20,000 bases of DNA from Vicugna vicugna (lineage: Eukaryota): assembly GCA_013265495.1 (NCBI GenBank), contig MU057947.1:1239826-1259825 (forward strand), in the 5' to 3' direction. The position numbers and the translations under genes are program-made. This document shows positions 1-10,605 of the stretch, piece by piece. The notes under the pieces were generated by a model. The model was not told the origin of the DNA. It did no database searches and was given only the letters and a program-made list of their open reading frames with translations. Every line of letters starts with the position of its first letter. Position 1 is the first letter of the stretch.

Positions 1-330
1 AGAGGAAGGCCTTTCAGGCAGGGGATGCACTGAGCGAAGGCCTGGAGGGGGCACATCCAGGAAACGCTGGGCCGTCCAGGGCCCCTGGACCGTCTCCTTG
101 GCATTGTTCTGGGAGAAGAGCCTGGGAAAAGCAGGTGGAGGCCTCGGACACTAGACTGGGAAGTCTGGAGATTCTTCATAGGAAAGGAGGACCCGGTGCA
201 ATGATACTCATAAGACAGAGGGCGATCTGGGGGGGAGGGTTGGGCAGATGCAAAGGGGTGGATGCAGAGGATGGGAAAGGGCTCTGAGTGGGGCGGGGAG
301 GGGCCGCGGTAGGAGCTGAAGGGAGGAGCA
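1..330 (-). mobile_element. Ancient L2 LINE remnant (approximate bounds)
   Basis: Purine-rich + strand. GAGGAAGGCCTTTCAGGCAGGGGATGCACTGAGCGAAGGCCTGGAGG and GGAGGCCTCGGACACTAGACTGGGAAGTCTGG resemble antisense L2 motifs as I recall them (GGGCATTCCAGGCAGAGGGAACAGCATGAGCAAAGGCC; GGGCCTTGAATGCCAGGCTGAGGAGTTTGG). Highly diverged. Confidence 0.4.
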
Positions 331-1756
331 GGTAGGAGGCACCGAGCAAGCACAGGAGTGACAGAGCTGAGCACGTTCCAGCTTGCAGGATGCGGAAGAT
401 GGGGCCGAGACGCCGGGAAGGAATGAGGCGGGAGGCAGCCTCTCGGGGCTGGTGATGTAGGAAAATGACGGGACAGACCGCTGGGGTTTAACTCAGGAGG
501 CAGAGAATGTTCTGGAGCTGAAAGAGCGGTGAGCACTGGAGGGGCTGAACCCAGAGCCAGCTCAGGGCGTCCCCAGCTCCGTGAAGCTTGTGACCGGGTG
601 ATCTGTCCCCCAGGGGGAGCATGTGTGTGTCTTCACCTCTGCGCAGGTGCGGGGTCAGCGGAGAATGGGGCTCTGGCCGTGCCCTCCTCTCTGCCCACAC
701 CTGCCTTTGTTGCTGCTGTTCTGTTTCTCCTCCGTCTCACATCCCAGGAAGCTCGCTTATGTCAGTCTGTACGCGCCTGAAGTTGACAAGCCCCGAGGAA
801 TCTGGGAATGGGCCCCCTTGCACATCCTTTGTGGACCTTGGGTCCAGTGTTCCTGCTGGCTTTCCTGTCTCCCCTCCTCTCCTCGCTTTGCAAGACATCA
901 GGAAACCAGAGGCCAGGCGAGACAGGGAATGGGCAGCATCCCTCAGGACAGGGGTGTGTCCTCCACGTGGTGGAGTGTGTGGTGTGCGGAGCGGAGTGAA
1001 CTCTGAGCAGGACCAGGCGGGCTCTTCCCTCGGAGCCGTGACCCGGCCGTCCCAAGCTCGTCTCACTGCTGGTCGGATGACCGGAGTCCGTCTATATGAG
1101 GGGCCACACCTGGAGGCTGTTTGTGCAGGCCCACGTGGCCTCGCTGGGCCTGACCGGGTCTCCTCTGATTCCAGCTGATTCAGCTCCTAATGGTCCACGT
1201 GTGTCTGTCCAGAGGGCCTGGCGGCATCTGCTCCCCACCTGCTGGCTGTGTGATGAGGACCCGGCTGCGGCCGCAGCAGCTGCTTGGACCCACGGTGACC
1301 CGCTGCCGCAAGCCCCGTTTCGCGGGCAATGGACCGCTCTCTATTTTGCTGTGATTATGGGTCAGCGAGTGCCAGGGAGGTGATTCCACTCAGGACTTTG
1401 GGTAATGTTTCACATAATGGATCACTTCTGAAGTCCCTGATGAAATAGGCTCCCAGGTCTCCACGAAATGGAAGAACTGCTTGGACCCCGTGTTGCAAAA
1501 ACAGCATTTTCCGTGAGAGACGCAGAGCCTCAGGGTGGGGTCGCTTCCTCTGTGCTGTAGAACGTGGCCTCACAGGGGGCGAGGAGAGAAGACTCAAGGT
1601 CTGCGTGTTCTGCTCTGGTGCTTACCTCTGCTCAGAAATACTAATTTGGGGAGGATGACGGCATTCCCGGTGTGAACCGCTGGACCCAGGGCGCGCGTCC
1701 CCACCCTGTCGCCCCTGCGCTCTCCTGCTCTAATTCCCCTGCCATGCGCGATGCAC

Positions 1757-1980
1757 TGTTGCAGGTAAACTGAGGCGCATTAACATTTCCAAGAGTTTAT
1801 TTGCACAAACATTGGATCGAATATGGCAGCACCAAGCCGGAGGCGGTTGGAGCACTTCCCCGACAGAAGTGCTGGGAGGTGTCTATAGAGCAGATGCGGA
1901 AGCAAAGCAAAGAAGAGCTCTGACTGGCCACAGCCGAGCAGCTGCCTGATGCGGGGAGACTGGCGGTCTGTGGTGGGGAC
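1757..1980 (-). mobile_element. ERV1-class LTR fragment (3' part of the LTR)
   Basis: Begins TGTTGCAGGTAAACTGAGGC (CA terminus on - strand). TTTATT at 1796-1801 is AATAAA on the - strand ~40 bp from the end. A decayed TATA-like CTATAGA lies near 1884. Overall resemblance to a laurasiatherian LTR family; exact family not assigned. Confidence 0.6.
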
Positions 1981-1981
1981 T

Positions 1982-2430
1982 GTGTATGGACACAGACGTA
2001 TGGAAGAGGAGATTCACTACAGAAACTGACTCACAGGTTGGAGGCCCGGAAGTCCCATGATCTGCCGCTGGCAACCCGAGCCCCAGGGGAGCAGGTGGTG
2101 CAGTTCAGTCCGGTCTAGAGGCCTGAGAGGTGGGGTGACGGTGTGAGTCAGTCCAGGTCCGGAGGCCGGCGGCCCCGGAGGCACCGATGTCCCAGGGCGG
2201 GAGGACACGAATGTGCCAGCTCAAACTACGAGAACATGTTTGCTCTCCTCCTTTGCCGTCTTGTTCTCTCCGGGCTCAGTGCACGGGTGACGGGGTGACC
2301 GCCACCCACTCCGGTGACTGGAGTGCTGGCCTCTCCCAGAAGCACCAGCACAGACGCACCAGGAGTAATGTCTGCACTATCCGGCCAGCCCGCAGCCTGG
2401 TCAAGTTGGCACAGAAGGTTGGCCATCACA
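1982..2430 (-). mobile_element. MLT2 (MLT2B-like, ERVL) LTR
   Basis: Ends ...GTCAAGTTGGCACAGAAGGTTGGCCATCACA, the reverse complement of the MLT2 5' end TGTGATGGTTAATTTTATGTGTCAACTTGAC. Internal hallmarks GAAGTCCCATGATCTGCCG, GGCCTGAGA, GATGTCCCAGGGCGGGAG and CAGCTCAA are collinear with MLT2B. Confidence 0.85.
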
Positions 2431-5400
2431 GACGGGGCCCGAGCTCCTTAGCAGTGTATTTCAGATGGGGTTGGGCTGGGGGGTGGGGTCACAGTGAGAA
2501 TGCAGTTCCCAGGCCCCACTTGGCTGCCCAGGAATCAGGACCGTGGGGGACGGGGTGCTCACCAGCACCTCGGGGGAGTCCCGTGCACACTGAAGTCTGA
2601 GGTTCCCGGGCTGGGGAAATGCTGCTGGCTGAGGGCCTTCTCCTGCAGCGGGAGCCTGAGGCTGGGGGTCCTGGGCAGGCCCACCTGGCCCGGCCGTGTC
2701 CTGAGGGCGCTGAGAACTCCCAGAGGAGGCTTCAGTACCCTCCGGGCACCGATGTCCCCGTGGAGCTCTGGAGGCTGCTGATGCCTGGGCCCCACCCCTG
2801 AGAGTCAGGACGTGTGGGTCTGGGGTGGGCCAGGCGTGGGCCGGCAGTGGCACCCGGTCACGGGTGGCCGGTGTTGAACTGCACGTCTTCGACTCAGGTT
2901 TCGGGGTCCGTCACTGGGCCCAGACGGAGGCCAGCAGTGTGCTTGGTGCAGCGGCGCTCGCCAGGCTCACGGAAGCCACTGCCGTTTCGGGTGCTGGTGG
3001 GACTGTGTTTCTCCATCCCCTTGAAATTAGACTTGGCCGTGTGACCAATTCTGGCCGGTGGGTTGGGGAGGCTTACTGGTGCCAGTGAGAAAGATCGGGC
3101 TGCTTGTGGCCACACTGGACACGCCGCGAGGGTGGGAGACAGCCGGCTGGCTGCTGGCGGTGTTTGTCTCTGAGTGCGACCCTAGCTTCTCCCAACCCAC
3201 ACGTCGGGCTTCGCACACACGTGCTGAAACTCACGATGGTCTTGCGCCGTAAACGCCCTCTTCACTGCCTCCACAGAACAAGCAGACGGTGTGTTCTTCT
3301 TGGAGCCTTTCCTCCTGTTTTGTTTCTAAAATGTCAGCCATTGATGAATGAAGCCAGTCTTTTGATGCTTAAATGCGCCCCACTGCCTTGTAAGGTTAGT
3401 GTGCTGTGAGACGCATTCAGTTCATGGAACCTGGTTATTTAGTTTGTCCCGAGGAAACCAGTGTTACGTCAGGCAAAAAATCCAAAGTGATTAGAGCAAA
3501 TGGTGGTCTTTTCTCATGAAGAAAAAGACCTCCTGAAAATTGATTGATCCTTGCGCCATCTGCCTGCTGGAACTCTGCTCTTTTGACTTTTACGGAGGGA
3601 AGTCTCAAGCTAGGGAGAAAGAAGAAAGCACATCACTTACTTTAAAATGCGTTTCTTTTCCAGGGGAAAATTTAGCAGCTGTGATGGTTATGCTGCTTTT
3701 TGTAGGGTTTTTTTCCAGCGCATAATATGCTAGACTTACCGTGAGGTTTCTGCCAGGGTGAGAGCCTGCATTAAGGAAGCGATGATTCTTACTTTAATTC
3801 TTGACTGGAGTGACGGCTAGGCTTAGGGGAGGAGCTGGAGACTGCTAGGATAATAGAAGAGAATTTATTGAGTTCAGGTGTCCTGACATTTGCACTTTGG
3901 GAAATTTCTGTTCAGGCTTCAGGGAGAAATAATTTTAAAATACTAGTATGCGTGAGCCGCTTTTACGAAAATTCAGTGCATGTTTAAAAGTTTTTTTTTT
4001 AAGCTCTGAACTCCTATTGGGGTTGAGTTATTGTATGGCTCTTCTTCAAAAGCCAGAATTCCTTGAGAAGGGACAGTTTGACTTTTTCTGAAATATTTTA
4101 TGTGAAGATAAGAAGCTCTTGATCCCCCAGCCTCTGGGAACGCAGTGACGTGCGCCTTCCTCGGCCCAGCTGGAGAAGCGCCGGGAGCCACCAGCCCACG
4201 TTCTGGACGCTCTTCCACACCCCAGCCGCGGAGGTCCTCAGGCGAGCAGGGCCCTGGACAGGGCAGGGGGCTCCCGTCCCTTATGTTTGCGTGCTTACTG
4301 CCCCAGGCCAGCAGGTGCTTTCAGCCCCGGGGAAGCTCGGAAAGCTGAGCGAGCTGTTCCTGATGAGATCCCTGGGGTGATGTTCGTGAGGGCACAAAGT
4401 GGCATCTAGGAAGGGGTGTGGGTTTTGTGAGGAGGTGCGCACGTTCACCTGGGGTGCCGGCCCCCCGGACCAGGTTTGGGTGGTGGAGACGCATGATGGA
4501 GCAAGTGCCTTCCACTGGGGAGGGAGCCCCCGTGAAGCCTTCCCCATGGTCCTCTCCTGCCCCCTCCCCCCATGGGAAACTGGAGGGAGCATCCAGAGGC
4601 CAGGGGTGGGGAAGGGAGGAGGGCAATGTGGGAAGGGTGAGCGGGGCACAGAGGCGTGGTCTCTCCAGACCACAGCCCACGGGGTATCTTCTGGTCAACA
4701 TGGGAGCTTGGCTTGCGGGTGCCCTTGGGGTGGCGTCTGGGGCTATAGAATCACCTGATTCAGGGTCTCGTGGCATTTGCTTTCTTTTCCTTGGTGAGCA
4801 GACTTCAGGACATAAGAGGAAACCTCATGCCCCCTTCCTGTGCAATGCAGCGCCCACCCGTGCTTGGCCTCGGGAGGAGGAGCTGAGTCCGCTGTGCCCA
4901 GTGCCGCCTTCGCCCCGGCGTCCTGGTCCACGGTGTCCCCAGTCACACAGCAGCTTCCCCAGTGCTGTTCCAACAGGGGCTGACCTTGCTGTCTGTAAAC
5001 AGTGGGAAAGCCTTGCTCTCCAACCACGCTGGGCGACGCCTCTGCTAGAACAGTCTGCTAAGGGCCTTCCAAAAATGAAACATTACCATAGGAATAAAGT
5101 GTGGGAATGGCCCCTCTTGTCTTCTGGTGGCTCTTCTCTAAACGGCCGTTTAATTGTACTGCTCACGTGGCTCCCTGGCCCGGGAGGGTGGAAAGTACCC
5201 AGTTTGCTTCAGGCCACGCCCTCTGTCGGTTTGCAGTTTCAGCGCAGCGCTTGTCTTGTATGTCTGCGGCAGCACAGCTTTCTGCCCTCGGCTGAGGGCT
5301 GCACGTGGCGGGTGGGCAAAGGGCTCCGACCGCGGAGGGCGCGGCTGCGTTGGAGCGTGAGCGGTTCTGGCAGCAGAGCACTGGAACCCAAGCTCTCCCC

Positions 5401-6544
5401 GCGCATCTGGAACAACTGCGGGGGTGTGTACAGAAGCAAACACCAGGCCTGGGATGCAGGTTCCCCTCGGTGGTCATTCAGGCTACCACGGGGCAGGGAG
5501 AGAAGGGGAAGGTTTCGTGGGCGCTGACCAACAATGCGGGACACTACACGCCGTGGGTCCACTGTCCCCAGGCCCGGGCGGGGCTCGGATCCTTCCTGAA
5601 GGTGGGCTCCTGTGTGTGCTGTGAGCAGTCGCTCTGCTCTGCTGGGGGAGAGGCCAGCACTTGGCGGGTCTCCTTCCCAGGTCCCCCTCCCCTGGGCCCC
5701 ACCCAGGAGGCAGTCCTGTGGCCACCCCACTGTCCCAGGAGCCAGCATAACCAGAAGTGGTCACGGTGGTCGGCCCCCTGTGTTTTCTGTACGTAGACTC
5801 ACTCCCCAATTGTTCATTTTGGTAAAAATGTTGGGCTGGACACAATCTCAATTTGTGACATTTTCGGGAAAATCAAAATGGGGATTTCTAGGTGGCTGTG
5901 CTGGTTGCCTTGCTAAGGTCGTCTTCCCCATGCACTGGCCAGCCCTTCTTCTCGGGACCTTTGGCAGGTCCTGGCTCAGAGGCCGGGGCACAGGGCTCCG
6001 GGGCGGGGGGTGTGTCCAGCCGGCAGGTGCCTGCTGCTCCTGGAGGTGCCGTGGGGAAGGGCCCCGGCAGACGCCTGACAGGTGACAGTGGTGACCTCTC
6101 AGTGGTGGAGGAGGGACAGCCTCACCAGATGTTGCGCAGGCTCTGTCCTCTCTCCGCCTTCCTGGGAACAAATGACCAGGTCTGTTAGCCCTGCCCCCAG
6201 GGGCGCGCGGTTTTGTAACTAGGGTGGGGCTGCTCCTTCCCCCTGGGAGAAGAGGGTTGGAGCTAAACCTGGATCAATACGGTTTTACGGCTCTTTCACA
6301 GTATACCCATTGATCTTGTAGAATTTAGCGTTTCATTCTACTGAGAAAGGATGCTTCTTACGGACACGTGTCTTCACCGCTCCGGGTCCCGGCTGCGCAC
6401 CACACACCTCCCTCCCCCGCTCCCGCTCCTCCCCCCGGCAGGTGCAGGGCTCCAGTCCCGGAGCCGGCGCTGCCGCTCACCTTGCCCGTCAGGGCCCGTG
6501 GCTTTCCCAAAGATGTCTAGCTATTTTGTAGTCAGTCGTGCAGT

Positions 6545-6760
6545 GGCCACGAGAAGGGGCTGAGGCTGGACCCTGCAGGCCCACTTCCGCCACTTTCCAG
6601 CCACGACACATGGCCGTGGCAGGCTTCTCCTGTGCTTCACGGTTATGACTTGCGAAGGGAGCTCACAACACTCCCGCCCAGAGCCTCACTGTGAGGTTAA
6701 GTGAAGCGGCACCTGCAGTGTGCCCGGGCCAGCACCCGACAGACTGAGAACTGAGTAACA
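6545..6760 (+). mobile_element. MIR SINE remnant, GC-shifted
   Basis: Collinear decayed MIR core: CTTCCGCCACTTTCCAGC (~CTCTGCCACTTACTAGC), CTGTGCTTCA (~CTGTGCCTCA), TGTGAGGTTAAGTGA (~TGTGAGGATTAAATGA). Confidence 0.5.
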
Positions 6761-7469
6761 GGCCCTGACTCTCACTGTGTGGGCCCGGAGTCCCGCATCA
6801 GACATAATCTCTGGGTCGGAAAAACTCAAAACGTTGGAAGTGAACCAAACAGCACTGAAACGATTGCTACCAAGTTCCCACACCTGGTGGTGGCAGACGA
6901 GGCTCAGACCAGCCCCTGAGAGCAGCTGGGGGAGCTGGAGAAGGAATCTGAAGGTTCTGTTTCAGAGAGCCACCCGGCTCCAGGGGACGAGGGAGATGTG
7001 GAAAGAGGAGCCTGTTTCCTGGGGCAGATTTTATCTGGGGTGGGGGGCGTCTGCAGGTTCTGACAATCGTGTCTCAGCGGCCGGGAAACTGAGCAAGTTA
7101 TGATCAGGTTCTGGGGAAGCCAAAGCTTAAAGTCAGATTGTAATGGTGAGAGGACGCAAGCGGTGCTCTTCAGGACAAGCGCGGAAGGAGTCTCACGAGA
7201 GTGAAACTGCGGGGCTGGGAGGGATAAAAGGGAGAGTGAAAATGCCTGAGGAGTCTAAGAGAGGGCCGGGAAGAGAGGCAGGAACACAGCGGTGGACGCA
7301 CAGGAAGCAGACGGTAGGACTGGGCCTCCATCCCGATAGGTCTGCGACCCCTGGGCTTCGGAAGGGGCCCCGAAAGTCTGCAGCTCAAGCAAAAGGAAAC
7401 ACCAGAAATGGCGGCGCCCACACAGACTCGACCGAAACTGCCCACCTCTGGCCGGGTCACAGGCGACCT

Positions 7470-7965
7470 GGGGTTACCGCCTGAAAGAAGGAGAGGACAC
7501 ACTCCCCAAGGGGAGCCCAGCATTGAAGTCCACACCTTGTCTTGGCTACTCTTTCATGTGCAGATTTTTACATTTCATAAAAAAGCACGTACACACAACA
7601 GCTAGTGTATGAAGAGATAAAAATAATAAAAAAATTAAAAGAACAATTGGCAAAGCAGATCTGCGTGGTATCCAGGAAACAGAATCATCAGATGTGACTA
7701 GAGTTATCAGATGCAAAAGTTAGAATAGCCACACTTAGTCTATTCACGTGAAGGAAAGATAAGAATGATAAAACCTGACGCGGAGTCAGGGACTGTAAGG
7801 AGAGAATGGCGGTCGGTCTAGAGCTGGAAAGTCCCCTGAAGGCCGTTAACCACCCGGGGGTTGCGCTTACCAGCACACGAGACAAGGGAAGCAGCATCGT
7901 AACCCGAGGGCGGGTCGGGAGGACGTCCAGACTGAGTCACTGGGAGACAAAGGGTGGAAAACATT
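7470..7965 (+). mobile_element. Old L1 (L1ME-like) 5' end / ORF1 start remnant
   Basis: CAGATGTGACTAGAGTTATCAGA, CTAGAGCTGGAAA and TCCAGACTGAGTCACTGGGAGACAAAGGGTGGAAAAC match, in order, recalled L1M ORF1 motifs (CAGATATTGGAGTTATCAGA; CTAGAACTGAAAA; TCCAGACTGAAGCACGGAGAGACAAAAGGATGGAAAA). Confidence 0.55.
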
Positions 7966-8440
7966 TACCCTCAAAGTGGTCTCATAGGAAGCGCTCTATG
8001 AGACATGCAGGAAAAAATGGTTGAAAATGGGCATTTCCTCGTGGTTGAGCGTAATGCCTGAGGTCGGGGCCCAGGAGAGGGGAGGGAGCAGACAGAAGAT
8101 GCTGAGCGGTGCTGCGTTCTTTGTGTCTCCCTTGGTGGAGCCCCATCTGGGTGAATCCTGTTTGGTGTGGGTTTGCCCTTGCTGACAAGAAAATGTGGTT
8201 AAAACTCTAAAATCATAGTTTGGGCCAATTCGATTGCAGTTGATTGTGTTTTTACTTTCCACAAGATAAACACGTTGCTTTTCATTTTCTTTATTTTAGA
8301 TCCAGCTTGACCAACAATTGACCAATAAAAGCTATTTTTGTGGAATGACACTTGTAAAGATAGTAGCATTTAAAGAAAAAAATTTTGTGTGCTCTTGGCC
8401 TTGTGTTTTGCTGTCAATTTTTAAAAATGTTGATACCAGT

Positions 8441-9517
8441 AAAAAAAAAATAGTAAACAAAGCAGATAAGGATAAATATGCGGGTGTATTTACCAGCATA
8501 GTTACGCTAATAATGTCTTATAGGTTGTAACGTACATAGCATTAAAACACATACATTCAATAACCTGCAGATTGGGGGTAATTAATGAAGCGACATTGCT
8601 CTAATTAGCAGGAAACTTATAGCCTTAAATTCACGTATTAAGATACAAGCTAGTAATTAGTCACCAGAGAATCCAATCCTACGAAGTAAATTATACCCGA
8701 AGAAGGTGGAAGGATAGAAATAAATATAAGAATATAACTCGATGAAAAGGAAAATAAATACACAATACAGAGATTACACAAAGCCACAGCTGATTATTTG
8801 AAAAGATTCCTTGGTAATTGATAAATCCCTGGTAATAGCAATAAAATATTAACAAAATCTTCGACAGAACCAAAAGCAAATATCAGGACAGCAAAGACGC
8901 CGCCAAGGACACTGTCGTCATGACAACGATCGTAAGACGACAGTCATCTTGACAGATTTTACAGAAATAAAGTTGAACATTTATGTGAAATTGCCAAATT
9001 CCTGGAAACATAAGTTAAAAAATGGATCCAATATTCTCATCAGAATTAAATATATCAAATTTATGATTATATTTACACATGTACACACAGAGGACACACT
9101 CCATGTTCAGAGGGTTTCACCAGCAGGTTCTGTCGCACTTCGGTGGAAGAAATCACGTCAGCCCTACACAGGATCTTCCCGAGAGCAGGAGGAGGAGACA
9201 CTGGTTCTGATTTCTCTGACAAGAACTGAGTAATATGGAAGACAGGTTGACAGAGATAGTACAGAAAGAGAAAAGTTAAATTCTGCCGTACTCACAAGTG
9301 TAGATTTAAAATCCTAAGCAGAATATTAATCAAACGGAGTCCAGCAGTGCGTGGAGAAGGTACTACATCATGTCCGGGTGGTGCCTGTTTTGAAGTTTAA
9401 GATAGATTTAACATTTGAAAGTCAATCTGTGTAATTCAGCATTTTTTCAAAATAAAAGTGAAAACTCAGCCTTTCAACAGATGAGGGGAAAAAAAGCACT
9501 TGATGAGAAGTCTTACA
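8441..9517 (+). mobile_element. Old L1 (L1ME-like) inter-ORF and ORF2 remnant, left of SINE
   Basis: A-rich + strand with L1 motifs TAAATATGCGGGT, TTATAGCCTTAAAT, AAAGCCACAGCTGATTATTTGAAAAGA, GAAATTGCCAAATTCCTGGAAA, AAAATCCTAAGCAGAATATTA and TTTAACATTTGAAAGTCAATC. No intact frame. Confidence 0.8.
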
Positions 9518-9720
9518 GGGGGAGAGTATGGGTCATCTGGTAGAATGTGTGCTTAGCATGCGTGAGGTCCTAGTAGGTTCAGTCCCCAGTACCTCCTCTA
9601 AAAATAAATAAACCTAATTACCTCCTTCCTCCTGCCGAAATAAAAATAATTAAGTAATACAATAATAAAGTTTAAAAATATTAAAAAATAAACTGCTGGA
9701 GAAAATTTTTTAAATTTAAA
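9518..9720 (+). mobile_element. tRNA-Ala-derived SINE, Vic-1 type (camelid)
   Basis: tRNA-Ala-like head 9518-9596 (GGGGGAGAGTATGGGTCATCTGGTAGAATGTGTGCTTAGCATGCGTGAGGTCCTAGTAGGTTCAGTCCCCAGTACCTCC, AGC at 9555-9557). Followed by the tail AAATAAATAAACCTAATTACCTCC and an A-rich end. Possible decayed TSD AAGTCTTACA (9508-9517) / AAATCTTAGA (9722-9731). Confidence 0.85.
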
Positions 9721-10520
9721 AAAATCTTAGAAAACAAGGAAGCGAAGGTGCATGGTTTACCCTGATGAAAGGTGTAAAGAAAACCCATGCACACATCACG
9801 TCAGGGGTGGAATGTCCACAGCTCCCTGCCAGAGCAAAGGGAAACCAGAGTGTCCTCTTCACCCCGTCTAATACTGTCCTGGAGTTCATGGCCAGTGTGA
9901 TGGGGGTGGGGGGAAGAAAGAAAATGTGTAATAACTGGAAAGAAAGAACTAAAACTGCCGTTACTTAGAGACGGCTTGTCTGTCCACACAAAAATCCCAA
10001 ATACTCATAGTGAAATTAGTAGATGTAATGTATCAATTCAGCAATGACACTGAATTCGGTATGACTAAATTTCTTATACTGGCAACAAATGCTGGAAGAC
10101 ACAGCCGCAAGCCTTTGCCACCCGCAGCAGTGTCAGACTGACGTTGCAGGATGAGGGATGAAGTCCAGAAGCGGGCCTGCAGGGGCCTTGGTCTGATTTA
10201 AGGTAGCACTCTGGAGTGGATAGAAAGAGGGTTTTCCCCCCAATTAATGATTCCGTGTAACCCGCACGTCCCTGTGGGGCAAAGTGAATGCCCTTCAGCA
10301 CCGCTTCACGCTGTAAGTGAAATAAACGCACGCCAGGCGTCGGCCTGAATGTGAGCCGTCAGATAAAAACTGGGGTTTTATTCATCAAGGGCAAGAATCA
10401 GAGATCAGACCGTGTTAAATTTAAGAACTTCTGGCCCTTAAAGGAGACCATCGGGAGGATCAGATGCAAACTGCAGAGCAGAGAAGGTGCCTGTGACGCC
10501 GAGGTGCAGGGAAGGCTCCC
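9721..10520 (+). mobile_element. Continuation of the L1ME-like ORF2 (RT region, then 3' part) with internal deletions
   Basis: CCTGATGAAAGG, ACTGTCCTGGAGTTCATGGCCAGTG, GGAAAGAAAGAACTAAAACTG and TTAAATTTAAGAACTTCTG continue the ORF2 motif order interrupted by the SINE. Confidence 0.75.
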
Positions 10521-10545
10521 TCCAGAATGGCCTCCTCGCTGGCGA

Positions 10546-10605
10546 CCGTCCGTCTGCCGGTTAGCCATCTGTCGTCCATCCGACTGTCTGTGTCTGTCTG
10601 TCTGC
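10546..10605. repeat. Degenerate tetranucleotide low-complexity tract (TCTG/TCCG/TCCA)
   Basis: CCGTCCGTCTGCCG...CCATCTGTCGTCCATCCGACTGTCTGTGTCTGTCTGTCTG. Confidence 0.6.

Noticed and set aside
2180..2758. Exact 14-bp direct repeat GGCACCGATGTCCC at 2180-2193 and 2745-2758
   Set aside because: About one such match is expected by chance in 20 kb, more in GC-rich DNA. One copy is native MLT2 sequence and no element is bounded by the pair.
2467..4646. G-quadruplex-capable tracts (2467-2488, 4603-4646)
   Set aside because: Common in GC-rich mammalian DNA; nothing ties them to a function here.
4418..5527. Longest ORF (369 aa, + strand)
   Set aside because: Non-ATG start, Pro/Arg/Gly/Ser/Trp-rich composition typical of GC-rich non-coding DNA, no recognisable domain, and overlapping ORFs in several frames on both strands.
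6360..6500. CpG-dense stretch as a CpG-island promoter
   Set aside because: Short, and CpG density is elevated across the whole window including inside old repeats. No linked first exon is identifiable.
9518..9596. tRNA-Ala(AGC)-like sequence as a functional tRNA gene
   Set aside because: D and T arms are disrupted, there is an insertion before the B box, and it is followed by a SINE tail.
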